A stretch of DNA of 27,600 nt from Bacteroidales bacterium (GCA_028282585.1 JANQHR010000132.1:1-27600), one strand, 5' to 3'; positions 18,712-27,600 are shown, numbered from the stretch's first letter. Notes: generated by a model not told the origin, from the letters alone. Translations and numbers: made by a program.

Positions 18712-20901
18712 TTATCTGGTGAACAACATTTCTCTGTATTTAGGGAATGGCCAAATTTCATCATCAACTATTAACTCCAATTTATCAACATGGTACCTGA
18801 TTTGTTCTAAATATGGCACAACATTTTTTGAATAACTTGCCGCTTGCTCTACAACATCTTCAATTTTATTAGCCTTTTTACGTTCTTCGATCATTTCCTC
18901 TACAGCAGTTTTTACTATTGCCATTCTTTCAGAAATTTCACTAATTGTCTTTAAATGAGGCTCTGCCATTTGCTTATAAACTTCGTTAGGGTACAAGTCT
19001 TTTAACCCTTTTACGTTATTAATTAGTACATTTTGATATTTAATTAACGTTGGGATAATATGATTTCTTATCAGGTCACCTAGAACTCGTGCTTCTATTT
19101 GGGCTTTTTTTGTATAAATCTCTAAGCGGATTTCATAACGGGCATCTAATTCACGATCTGTTAAAACCTGAGCTTTCCCAAATAGTTCTCTTGTATGTTT
19201 TGACACAAACGCTTTAAGTGCCTCAGGTATATCAGCAATATTAGATAATCCTCGTTCTTCCGCTTCTTTAAGCCATTCTTCGCTATATCCATTTCCTTCA
19301 AACCTAACTTTCTTTGAATCAATAATATATTTTTTTAGTACTTGAAATATAGCTTCATCTTTTTTAATATCTTTCTCAACCAATGCATCTACATCCGTTT
19401 TAAATTGTTTTAACTGGCTTGCAACAGCCGTGTTTAACGCTATCATAGGTGAAGCCACATTTGCTGAAGCTCCAACTGCTCTGAACTCAAAACGATTCCC
19501 AGTAAATGCAAATGGAGATGTCCTGTTTCTATCAGTATTATCTAATAATATTTCTGGTATTTTTCCAACATCCAATTTGAGTTCAGTTTTTTCATCGGGA
19601 GTCATTTTTTTATTAGTTACCCTCTCTTCTAATTGATTCAGCATATTGGTAAGCTGAGAACCTATAAAAACTGAAATAATTGCCGGTGGTGCTTCATGGG
19701 CTCCCAAACGATGTTCATTTCCAGGCACCGCAATACTTGCGCGTAAAATATCAGAGTTATCATAAACCGCCTTTATGGTATTTATAAGGAATGTAAGGAA
19801 TTGCATATTATTGCGCGGAGTTTTACCCGGCGAAAGTAAATTCTTACCAGTATTAGTCATCATGGACCAATTGTTATGCTTACCAGACCCATTAATATTT
19901 TTGAATGGTTTTTCATGAAACAATACTCTAAAGTTGTGCTTACGCGCTACTTTATCCATTAAGGTCATCAAAATCTGATTATGGTCAACCGCCAGGTTAG
20001 CTTCCTCAAATACAGGAGCACATTCAAACTGGTTTGGAGCTACCTCGTTATGCCTTGTTTTAATTGGGATTCCCAACTTGTAAGCTTCAATTTCAAAATC
20101 TACCATGTAATTTTTTACCCTTTGAGGCAACGACCCAAAATAGTGGTCACTTAACTGCTGGTCTTTTGCAGAGGCATGACCAATTAGCGTTCTTCCTGTA
20201 AGGTATAAATCAGGGCGGACATTATACAAAGCATTATCAATTAAAAAATACTCTTGCTCCCAACCTAAAGTTACATTTACTTTCTCAACATCCTTATCAA
20301 ACAGCTGACATACTTCAACTGCTGAACGATCTAAGAAATTTAATGATTTAATTAAAGGAGTTTTAAAATCCAGAGCTTCACCTGTATAAGCTACAAAGAT
20401 TGTTGGGATACAAAGTGTGTTACCATATATAAATGCTGGTGATGAAGGATCCCAAGCCGTATATCCCCGAGCCTCGAAAGTATTTCTTAAACCTCCACTT
20501 GGAAAGCTGGAAGCATCAGGCTCTTGCTGCACCAACATATCTCCGTGAAAATTTTCAATTACTCCACCCCCCTCAGTTGGTTCGAAAAATGCATCATGCT
20601 TTTCAGCTGTGGATCCATTTAATGGATGGAACCAATGCGTGTAATGTGTAGCACCACGATCAACTGCCCATGCTTTCATACCTATGGCTACCTGGTTAGC
20701 AATCTTCCGGTCAATTTTGGTTCCCTGATCTATGGATTGAATTACACTTTGAAAAGCTTCTTGAGATAAATACTCTTGCATTTTGAATTTGTCAAATACA
20801 TTTTCACCAAAATAATCGGATGTTTTTGTCGATGGAAGTTCAACTTCAACGGGTTTCCTGTTTAGTACTTCCTCAATCGCTTTAAATCTAATTGTAGCCA
20901 T
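18712..20901 (-). CDS. glnN: Glutamine synthetase type III
   Basis: ATHYTHWFHPL.GSTAEKHD, EPDASSFPSGG.R.TFEARGYTAWD, HNEVAPNQFE, NGSGKHNNWS and DRNRTSPFAFTGNRFEFRA. Confidence 0.95.
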   Translation of the reverse strand: MATIRFKAIEEVLNRKPVEVELPSTKTSDYFGENVFDKFKMQEYLSQEAFQSVIQSIDQGTKIDRKIANQVAIGMKAWAVDRGATHYTHWFHPLNGSTAEKHDAFFEPTEGGGVIENFHGDMLVQQEPDASSFPSGGLRNTFEARGYTAWDPSSPAFIYGNTLCIPTIFVAYTGEALDFKTPLIKSLNFLDRSAVEVCQLFDKDVEKVNVTLGWEQEYFLIDNALYNVRPDLYLTGRTLIGHASAKDQQLSDHYFGSLPQRVKNYMVDFEIEAYKLGIPIKTRHNEVAPNQFECAPVFEEANLAVDHNQILMTLMDKVARKHNFRVLFHEKPFKNINGSGKHNNWSMMTNTGKNLLSPGKTPRNNMQFLTFLINTIKAVYDNSDILRASIAVPGNEHRLGAHEAPPAIISVFIGSQLTNMLNQLEERVTNKKMTPDEKTELKLDVGKIPEILLDNTDRNRTSPFAFTGNRFEFRAVGASANVASPMIALNTAVASQLKQFKTDVDALVEKDIKKDEAIFQVLKKYIIDSKKVRFEGNGYSEEWLKEAEERGLSNIADIPEALKAFVSKHTRELFGKAQVLTDRELDARYEIRLEIYTKKAQIEARVLGDLIRNHIIPTLIKYQNVLINNVKGLKDLYPNEVYKQMAEPHLKTISEISERMAIVKTAVEEMIEERKKANKIEDVVEQAASYSKNVVPYLEQIRYHVDKLELIVDDEIWPFPKYREMLFTR

Positions 20902-20941
20902 AATAAATTAAGTTTAGATTAAAAATTCAGTGTTAACATCA

Positions 20942-21033
20942 CAAATTTATGCATATTTTTGAATCAACCCCTATTTTTTATATGCACTTTTAAAATTTTT
21001 ACTAACTTTTTATTAACACCCCCTCTTTTTTTT
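20942..21033 (-). promoter_or_regulatory. glnN promoter (-7 TAAATTTG at 20942-20949) with two upstream CCCCT(A/C)TTTTT boxes
   Basis: Consensus -7 element. C-rich boxes at 20967-20979 and 21018-21033 stand out in otherwise AT-rich DNA. Confidence 0.5.
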
Positions 21034-21076
21034 GACATCCATCTAAAAAATACATTTTTCAAAAAAAATACAACGA

Positions 21077-21104
21077 AAAAAGTCCGGTTAAAAACCGGAC
21101 CTTT
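21077..21104 (-). terminator. Intrinsic terminator after the dipeptidase gene
   Basis: GTCCGGTT/AACCGGAC stem with an A6 tract. Confidence 0.85.
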
Positions 21105-21124
21105 CAATCATATTTTAGAATATT

Positions 21125-22498
21125 TTATTTTGCCATTATTTCAGCATAATACTTATAAAAATAAGGAATTGTATTTATTCCATTATAGAATTGCTCTAAA
21201 GGATAATTTTCATTTGGTGAGTGAATCGCATCAGACTCTAATCCAAATCCCATTAACACAGATTTTATTCCCAGAATCTTTTCAAACTCAGAAATAATTG
21301 GAATACTACCACCACTGCGAACAGGAACTGGTGTTCTATTATAAATTTCCTCATAAGCTTTTTCTGCAGCTTCATAAGCAGGTAAATCAATTGGACAAAC
21401 ATATGCCTGACCGCCATGCAAGAATTCTACATTTACTTTTACATAATCAGGAGCAATGCTTTCAAAATGTTCTTTGAACATTTTTGCAATTTTCTCATTA
21501 TTTTGGTTTGGAACTAAACGAGAAGAAATTTTTGCATATGCTTTTGAAGGAAGGACCGTTTTAGCGCCTTCACCGGTATATCCACCCCAAATACCACAAA
21601 CGTCGAATGTTGGACGAATACCTGTTCTTTCATTCGTTGTAAATCCTTTTTCACCAAATAATGCTTTTACATCAATTGCTTTTTTATAATCTTCTTCAGA
21701 AAAAGGAGCTTCAGCCATTTTTGCTCGTTCAGCTTCCGTAACTTCTAATACATCATCGTAGAATCCTGGAATTGTGATACGACCATTTTCATCAACCATT
21801 CGAGTGATCATATTAGCTAAAACATTGATTGGATTAGCTACTGCACCACCGAATAATCCGGAGTGAAGATCTCTGTTTGGCCCGGTTACTTCAACTTGCC
21901 AATAAGAAAGTCCGCGCAAACCTGTTGTAATTGAAGGAATATCAGGAGCAATCATTCCTGTGTCAGAAACTAAGATAACATCAGCTTTTACAAGTTCTTT
22001 GTTTTCTTTACACCATTGAGGTAAGCTTGGAGAACCTACTTCCTCTTCGCCTTCTAACATGAATTTTACATTACATGGCAGAGAATCAGTTTTAACCATT
22101 GCTTCGAAAGCTTTAATATGCATCATTCCCTGACCTTTATCATCATCAGCACCTCGAGCCCAGATCTTTCCATCTTTCACCACAGGCTCAAACGGATCTG
22201 TATCCCATAAGTCGAGAGGATCAACAGGCATAACATCATAGTGGGCATACACTAAAACGGTTGGTTTTGCAGGATCAATGATTTTTTCGGCATAAACAAC
22301 CGGATTTCCGGTTGAAGGCATCACCTCTGCTTTATCACAACCAGCTTTTAATAATAATTCTTTAAGCTTATTAGCCGCTTTTTCCATATCCGGTTTATGA
22401 TCTTTAATCGAACTAATTGAAGGAATTCGAATCAATTCGAATAATTCCTCTAAAAATCGATCCTTATTTTCCTCGATGTACTGTTTTACTTTTTCCAT
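21125..22498 (-). CDS. M20 family dipeptidase
   Basis: YAHYDVMP, ARGADDDKGQ, EGEEEVGS, DLHSG.FGG and IHSPNE. Confidence 0.95.
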   Translation of the reverse strand: MEKVKQYIEENKDRFLEELFELIRIPSISSIKDHKPDMEKAANKLKELLLKAGCDKAEVMPSTGNPVVYAEKIIDPAKPTVLVYAHYDVMPVDPLDLWDTDPFEPVVKDGKIWARGADDDKGQGMMHIKAFEAMVKTDSLPCNVKFMLEGEEEVGSPSLPQWCKENKELVKADVILVSDTGMIAPDIPSITTGLRGLSYWQVEVTGPNRDLHSGLFGGAVANPINVLANMITRMVDENGRITIPGFYDDVLEVTEAERAKMAEAPFSEEDYKKAIDVKALFGEKGFTTNERTGIRPTFDVCGIWGGYTGEGAKTVLPSKAYAKISSRLVPNQNNEKIAKMFKEHFESIAPDYVKVNVEFLHGGQAYVCPIDLPAYEAAEKAYEEIYNRTPVPVRSGGSIPIISEFEKILGIKSVLMGFGLESDAIHSPNENYPLEQFYNGINTIPYFYKYYAEIMAK

Positions 22499-22575
22499 TT
22501 TATTTGATATTTATTTAATTGTTATTATGTTCTAAAAAAATGTGAAGCTAATTTAATGTTTTTAGTTTTAACTAC

Positions 22576-22615
22576 AATGGATTAATGCAGAATTGGATTT
22601 ATGGATTATTGTCTA
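22576..22615. repeat. Period-8 microrepeat at the 3' flank of the second four-helix-bundle gene
   Basis: AATGGATT AATGCAGA ATTGGATT TATGGATT ATTGTCTA. Confidence 0.7.
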
Positions 22616-22912
22616 ATAAAGTATCATTCCAATCATCATTCTTCAACTTCTCTTGTAATGACTGAACTAACTTGATTAAACCATTTTCAAGTTTATAATG
22701 TAATATATCTATATTTTCAAATTCCTTACTCGAAATTTGCTTTGCTCTTTGCATAGCGTATATACTAGAATGAAATTCTCCGCTAGAGCCCATTGCGATA
22801 TCTAAGTATCTTAAATACTCTTTCAAACTTTAGCTGCCAATTCATATAATTCAATTGCATCTTGCCAAACGATTAATTTTTTATAACCTCTATTAATATT
22901 TTTTCTTTCCAT
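22599..22912 (-). pseudogene. Four helix bundle protein pseudogene (internal deletion with frameshift)
   Basis: The 5' part (22912-22823) reads MERKNINRGYKKLIVWQDAIELYELAAKV*. The 3' part, in another frame, reads LKEYLRYLDIAMGSSGEFHS...LENGLIKLVQSLQ. The conserved central S...NI.EG segment is absent. Confidence 0.85.
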
Positions 22913-22948
22913 CTATTCAAATATCCAATATTCCGTCAGATCACTATT
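22909..22948. repeat. Period-8 microrepeat at the 5' flank, inverted relative to 22576-22615
   Basis: CCATCTAT TCAAATAT CCAATATT CCGTCAGA TCACTATT. Confidence 0.6.
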
Positions 22949-23561
22949 CACAATCTTCAACCTGTTCTGATTGTACTAATTCTTTTTTATATGCCTCTAC
23001 AGTTTCCATTAACTCTTCGTACCAGTCTTCTCCATATTTTCTAATTAAAGCATCTTTTAAAAATTCATACGCTTTTACCTTCTTCTTGCAACCATATTTT
23101 CTTGCCGGATCACAAACATGCCAGAAATGATAATTTAAAGCATCCATGCCATCTCCAATTTTTTTAATCCTTATTGGATACAAATGGCAAGAAATTGGTT
23201 TACGAAATGGTATTTTTCCTTTTAAAAATGCTTTTTCTATTCCACACTTTGCAATTCCGTGTTCAAATATTGTGTAAACACACTCCTTGCCTTTTAACAA
23301 TGGTGTTACGGGCTCGTTATCGCGTTTATCAATTACCGAATAACCAACTTTCTCAACCTCTCTTATAGACTCTTTTCTGAGAAATAGTTTAAATTTTGGA
23401 TAATATTTTTCTATTTGTTCAGCTTCATCTCCCTCTAAAGGCGCACCAGCCTCACCTTCCACACAACAATGGCCTTTACAGCTATCCAGATTACATAAAA
23501 AATCCTCTTCGAGCAATTCAGTTCCCACAATGCAATTGCCCACCTGCATCATATAATTCAT
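22944..23561 (-). CDS. DUF3109 family protein (Cys-rich)
   Basis: FLCNLDSCKGHCCVEGEAGAPL, ECVY, CGIEKA, KPISCHLYPIR and ALIRKYGEDWY.EL. Lies next to gpmI. Confidence 0.9.
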   Translation of the reverse strand: MNYMMQVGNCIVGTELLEEDFLCNLDSCKGHCCVEGEAGAPLEGDEAEQIEKYYPKFKLFLRKESIREVEKVGYSVIDKRDNEPVTPLLKGKECVYTIFEHGIAKCGIEKAFLKGKIPFRKPISCHLYPIRIKKIGDGMDALNYHFWHVCDPARKYGCKKKVKAYEFLKDALIRKYGEDWYEELMETVEAYKKELVQSEQVEDCE

Positions 23562-23629
23562 TTTAAAAACTTTTTATAAGACAACTTAAATTATGTAACA
23601 TTCAATGATTTGTTTTAAAAATCAATTAA

Positions 23630-23790
23630 AAAATAACAAACTTCAAATAATTTATAAATCACATTAACCAAACTCAAAATACTATATTTCCAATCATACT
23701 AATATTTTTGATAAACATATGACCTTTAGTGTCGAATTTTTAAGTTTCAATTGTTCTTTGTATTTGATATTTGTGATTTTATATCTTTTA
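23630..23790. repeat. Gene-less inverted pair of period-7 microrepeat arrays
   Basis: AAAATAACAAACTTCAAATA (23630-23649) matches the reverse complement of TATTTGATATTTGTGATTTT (23761-23780) at 17/20. More heptamers follow (AAATCAC ATTAACC AAACTCA AAATACT). Confidence 0.6.
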
Positions 23791-23807
23791 ACTTATTATA
23801 ACCTTAA

Positions 23808-25334
23808 TTATTCAACTATTAAGTTCTTACCGGTCATTTCTTCCGATGGATCAACTCCCATCATTGAAAGAATTGTTGGTGCAATATCAGCTAATATACC
23901 ATTATTAACTTTTTTAAATCGATCAGAAACTAAAATAAATGGCACCGGATTTAATGAATGAGCTGTATTCTCACTTCCATCAGGATTAACTGCATTATCC
24001 GCATTTCCATGATCAGCAATAATGATCACTTCGTACCCGTTTTCTTTTGCAGTTTCAACAACTTCACCAACACATTCATCAACAGCTTCAACTGCTTTTT
24101 TAATAGCTTCATAAATTCCAGTATGACCAACCATATCACCATTAGCAAAATTTAAACAAACAAAATCTGCCTCTTGCTTATTCAACCCCTTAACAATTGC
24201 ATCTTTTACCAAATAAGCACTCATTTCAGGCTGCAAATCGTAAGTTGCCACTTTTGGTGAGGAGATTAGAATTCTGTTTTCATTCTTAAATTCTTCCTCA
24301 CGTCCACCAGAAAAAAAGAATGTAACATGCGCATACTTTTCTGTTTCTGCTATTCGAATTTGTTTTCTGTCTTCATTTGCTAATATCTCACCAATTGTAT
24401 TGTTTAAATTTTCTTTATCATAAGCAATATTAACACCTTTAAATGTTTCATCGTAACGGGTCATGGTTACATAATGCAAAGGCATAGTTTGCATTCCATG
24501 CTCATGCATATCCTGTTGCGTTAGTACAATAGTCATTTCACGTAGTCTGTCTGTTCTGAAATTAAAACAAATCACAACATCGTTTGGCTTAATTTTACCA
24601 ATCGGGTTACCCCACGAATCGACTTTTACAATTGGTTTTATAAACTCATCCGTTATACCTTCTTCATACGATTCCTGAACTGCTTGTACAGCGTTCGTGA
24701 CTTCTTTCCCTTTACCATGAACATATAAATCGTATGCTTCTTTAATCCGCTCCCAACGTTTATCACGGTCCATTCCATAATAGCGCCCAACAACCGAAGC
24801 GATTTCTCCATTTGATGTTACTAAATGATCTTCCAACTTCTGAATAAATCCTTTACCGCTTCTTGGGTCTACATCACGACCATCTGTTAATGCATGAACA
24901 TAAACTTTATCTAATCCATAATCTTTAGTTAAATCACATAATTTATATAAATGTTTATCAGAAGAATGCACTCCCCCATCCGATACTAATCCTATGAAAT
25001 GAACTGCTACATTGTTTTCTTTGGCATAATTAAATGCGTTCGTCAAAGTAGGATTTGATGCAATAGAATTATCTTTTACAGCTTTATTTATTCGAACCAG
25101 ATCCTGGTAAACCACACGGCCAGCTCCAATATTAAGGTGGCCAACCTCTGAATTCCCCATTTGCCCTTCTGGCAAACCCACATTATTTCCCGACGTTTGT
25201 AACTGAGAATTTGGATATTTAGTATATAAACTATCTATATATGGAGTATTGGCATTATGAATTACATCAGATTTTGTTTTATTCCCGATTCCCCAACCAT
25301 CGAGAATAAGAAGAATTACTTTTTGATTACTCAT
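23808..25334 (-). CDS. gpmI: 2,3-bisphosphoglycerate-independent phosphoglycerate mutase
   Basis: [46 protein letters not shown] and ADHGNAD. Confidence 0.98.
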   Translation of the reverse strand: MSNQKVILLILDGWGIGNKTKSDVIHNANTPYIDSLYTKYPNSQLQTSGNNVGLPEGQMGNSEVGHLNIGAGRVVYQDLVRINKAVKDNSIASNPTLTNAFNYAKENNVAVHFIGLVSDGGVHSSDKHLYKLCDLTKDYGLDKVYVHALTDGRDVDPRSGKGFIQKLEDHLVTSNGEIASVVGRYYGMDRDKRWERIKEAYDLYVHGKGKEVTNAVQAVQESYEEGITDEFIKPIVKVDSWGNPIGKIKPNDVVICFNFRTDRLREMTIVLTQQDMHEHGMQTMPLHYVTMTRYDETFKGVNIAYDKENLNNTIGEILANEDRKQIRIAETEKYAHVTFFFSGGREEEFKNENRILISSPKVATYDLQPEMSAYLVKDAIVKGLNKQEADFVCLNFANGDMVGHTGIYEAIKKAVEAVDECVGEVVETAKENGYEVIIIADHGNADNAVNPDGSENTAHSLNPVPFILVSDRFKKVNNGILADIAPTILSMMGVDPSEEMTGKNLIVE

Positions 25335-25551
25335 GTGAATTTCTTTTATCTAATTTTATTTCTTACCTAAATCAATTTTTTTAGTTACCTGTCTGCCGAT
25401 ATGCAGACTCACTCAAACTTTCTTTCGCTACCTCCTGCCCGTAAACTTTGCACGTCAAGTTTTATGCAGTAAATTAACAATATTTTATGCGCAAAAGTTG
25501 TAAAATTATCCATTTTTAATTGCGAATAAAATTATTAAGATTATAAAAATG

Positions 25552-25589
25552 AAAAAGAGAACAACTTCCAATTAAGCCATTCTCTTTTT
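25552..25589 (-). terminator. Intrinsic terminator with no upstream CDS
   Basis: Minus strand AAAAAGAGAATGGCTT-AATTGG-AAGTTGTTCTCTTTTT. The inner stem closes only with G-U pairs on the minus strand. Confidence 0.7.
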
Positions 25590-25720
25590 ACTAACCCTAA
25601 AATTTACACCTGCCAAAAAGCAGACAAAAAATGATATTAACTCTAAAAAACTATTTCACCAATTAATTTAAATTTCCCTATTCGTATTTTTTTCGCATTA
25701 ACATTAACCCTAAAAACGAA
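25552..25720 (-). ncRNA. Candidate ~170-nt small RNA
   Basis: Bounded by -7 TAATTTTG (25725-25732) and the terminator. The only notable ATG ORF is 8 codons. Contains three TTTTAG(G/A)GTTA repeats. Confidence 0.45.
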
Positions 25721-26055
25721 AGCGCAAAATTAAACAAGAATTTAATATCTCCAAGCTTTTCTGTGCTTTTTTAACGATTTTAATTTAATTTTTCAACTGC
25801 CTGATTTAATGATTGTTAAGAGCGAATTAAACTTTCGATTTTTAGAGTTGTCAAATTTCAGTTGTTTTTTAAAATTAAAAACACATATTTGTTAAATTAA
25901 ATGACAATTTTTTAATACCAAAACAAATAAAGGTCAGTACCAATAATCAAATTAAAAAATTAAATATTGAGATTTATTTGCCATTTGATTATTGTTGTTT
26001 AAAGATTATTAGACCAATCACTATCATTTAAATTGAAAAAAAATACAAAATTCTT

Positions 26056-27498
26056 ATGTCGACAAAAGTGAGCGTATTTAAAAAATTCCCAAGAACATTC
26101 TGGGTTGTCAACTCAATGGAATTATTTGAACGTTGGGCCTGGTATGGATTTTATATGTTATTAGCTAATTATTTAACCAGATCAACCGATATGGGAGCTT
26201 TGGGTTTAAGCCAGGAAGAAAAAGGTTTGATCATGGGTGTTGGGACGGCTATTTTATATTTTTTACCTATTATAACCGGTGCCATTGCAGACAGATATGG
26301 TTATAAGAAAGTATTATTCTCTGCTTTTATTGTATATGCTATTGGATTTTTAGCAATGCCTTATTGCAGATCATTCGGTTCTTTTTTTGCAATTTTTATT
26401 TTTGTTGCAATTGGCGGAGCATTATTTAAACCGGTTATCACCGCCACTATTTCCAAAACAACAGATGATACAACTTCGTCTATCGGATTTGGAATTTACT
26501 ACTGGATGGTTAATGTTGGTGCATTTATAGGACCTATTGTGGCTCTTCAGTTTGCTAAAGAATCATACAATCCTGTTTTTTATATAAGTGCCTTACTTAT
26601 ACTAGTTAACATTCCATTTTTGTTCTTATTTAAAGAACCCAAGAGAGAAAAGTCTGATATACCATTTGGAAAGTCTCTAAAAATAATTTTCAAAAACATT
26701 GGAATTGCAATTAGCGACTATAAGTTTATTATCTTTTTATTAATAGTTGCCGGATTTTGGTCCATGTATTACCAATTGTTTTACACGTTACCGGTTTTTA
26801 TTGATCAATGGGTAGATACTCACTCTCTATACATTTTCTTAAATAATGTATGGCCCTGGTTAGCTCAAAAAATTAGTTCGGATGGAACAATTGCCGCAGA
26901 GTATATAACTAATATGGATGCTATGTATATTATTTTGTTCCAAATTGTCGTTTCTGCATTAATTATGAAATGGAGACCTTTAACCTCAATGATGACGGGC
27001 TTTCTTGTTTGTTCGGTAGGTATGTCATTAACTTTATTTACGAACAATCCTTTTTTCATTATATCCGCAATTTTCATTTTTGGTGTTGGTGAAATGATGG
27101 GGTCTCCAAAAATTACAGAATATATTGGGAAAATAGCTCCAAAGGACAAAATTGCTTTATACATGGGGTGTTCATTTTTACCAGTTACTTTTGGAAATAT
27201 GTTAGCGGGATATATTTCAGGTGGTGTATATGGAAAAATGTCTGATAAAGTGACGCTATTAAAAAATGATTTAATTTCAAAAGGATTTGAGGTACCGGAA
27301 ATTACAAACGGTTTTACTCAAACCGACCTTTATAATAAGGGGGCAGAATTATTGGAAATGACACAATCGGAATTAACTAATTATTTATGGACAACTTATG
27401 ACCCAGGTAGAATCTGGATCGTTCTTTTAGGAATTGGAGCCGGAGCTTCGTTTTTGCTGTTTTTATATGATCGCTTATTAATTAGAAAAAATTCATAA
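26056..27498 (+). CDS. MFS transporter, POT/PTR-like peptide transporter
   Basis: ExxERxxxYG motif (ELFERWAWYG), GAIADRYG, GGALFKP, GFGIYYWMVNVGAFIGP and multiple TM helices. Confidence 0.9.
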   Translation: MSTKVSVFKKFPRTFWVVNSMELFERWAWYGFYMLLANYLTRSTDMGALGLSQEEKGLIMGVGTAILYFLPIITGAIADRYGYKKVLFSAFIVYAIGFLAMPYCRSFGSFFAIFIFVAIGGALFKPVITATISKTTDDTTSSIGFGIYYWMVNVGAFIGPIVALQFAKESYNPVFYISALLILVNIPFLFLFKEPKREKSDIPFGKSLKIIFKNIGIAISDYKFIIFLLIVAGFWSMYYQLFYTLPVFIDQWVDTHSLYIFLNNVWPWLAQKISSDGTIAAEYITNMDAMYIILFQIVVSALIMKWRPLTSMMTGFLVCSVGMSLTLFTNNPFFIISAIFIFGVGEMMGSPKITEYIGKIAPKDKIALYMGCSFLPVTFGNMLAGYISGGVYGKMSDKVTLLKNDLISKGFEVPEITNGFTQTDLYNKGAELLEMTQSELTNYLWTTYDPGRIWIVLLGIGAGASFLLFLYDRLLIRKNS

Positions 27499-27504
27499 TG
27501 GAAG

Positions 27505-27600
27505 GGGGTGTCCAAAAAGTCTTAGTGTTCTTTGTGCCTGCTTTGTGAAACTTTGTGGTATAATTATAAAAGGCTGTTACACAGAGAACCACAAAGAAGA
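27505..27600. repeat. CTTTGTG/CACAAAG inverted microrepeat element, truncated by the window end
   Basis: CTTAGTG (27521) and CTTTGTG (27530, 27541, 27551), then inverted CACAGAG (27580) and CACAAAG (27590). Confidence 0.7.

Noticed and set aside
22823-22832. Programmed ribosomal frameshift joining the two halves of the second four-helix gene
   Set aside because: Even if joined, the product would lack the conserved central helix, so deletion explains it better.
23719-23961. 80-aa plus-strand ORF
   Set aside because: It runs through the heptamer repeat arm and antisense into gpmI. Its hydrophobic look comes from T-rich repeats.
25430-25436. AGGAGGT SD-like sequence in the gpmI leader as the start of a leader peptide
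   Set aside because: The nearest start (TTG) is about 13 nt away and gives only an 11-codon featureless ORF.
125-27164. Short antisense or out-of-frame ORFs in the track (e.g. 125-418, 2131-2526, 14483-14989, 15740-16138, 20959-21297, 26865-27164)
   Set aside because: They are shadows of well-supported genes on the opposite strand or frame, with no recognisable motifs.

Overview
AT-rich chromosomal window from a Bacteroidota genome, probably Bacteroidia, judged from gene order and TAnnTTTG -7 promoters. Almost all genes are on the minus strand. The backbone is housekeeping: pnp-rpsO, purM-prfA-pyrF-DUF2851-K+ channel, a PorE-like OmpA protein, glutamine synthetase III, an M20 dipeptidase, DUF3109-gpmI, a prolyl oligopeptidase, a deoxynucleoside kinase and a POT/MFS transporter. 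Small accessory pieces sit between these genes. (i) Two four-helix-bundle (23S-IVP/bAvd-like) genes, one intact and one internally deleted, each start right at a host stop codon and are bracketed by mutually inverted period-8 microrepeat arrays. Two gene-less elements with a similar inverted-array layout (period 7 and period 9-11) also occur, suggesting a family of small repeat-bounded cassettes. (ii) An unannotated 49-aa basic ORF has a perfect Shine-Dalgarno and its own candidate promoter and terminator. (iii) A candidate ~170-nt sRNA carries repeated UUUUAGGGUUA motifs. (iv) A RelE/ParE toxin with an in-frame stop lies next to an intact antitoxin. (v) An AraC-VOC pair shares a 19-bp operator-like motif. 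All calls come from reading the sequence; no searches were run.
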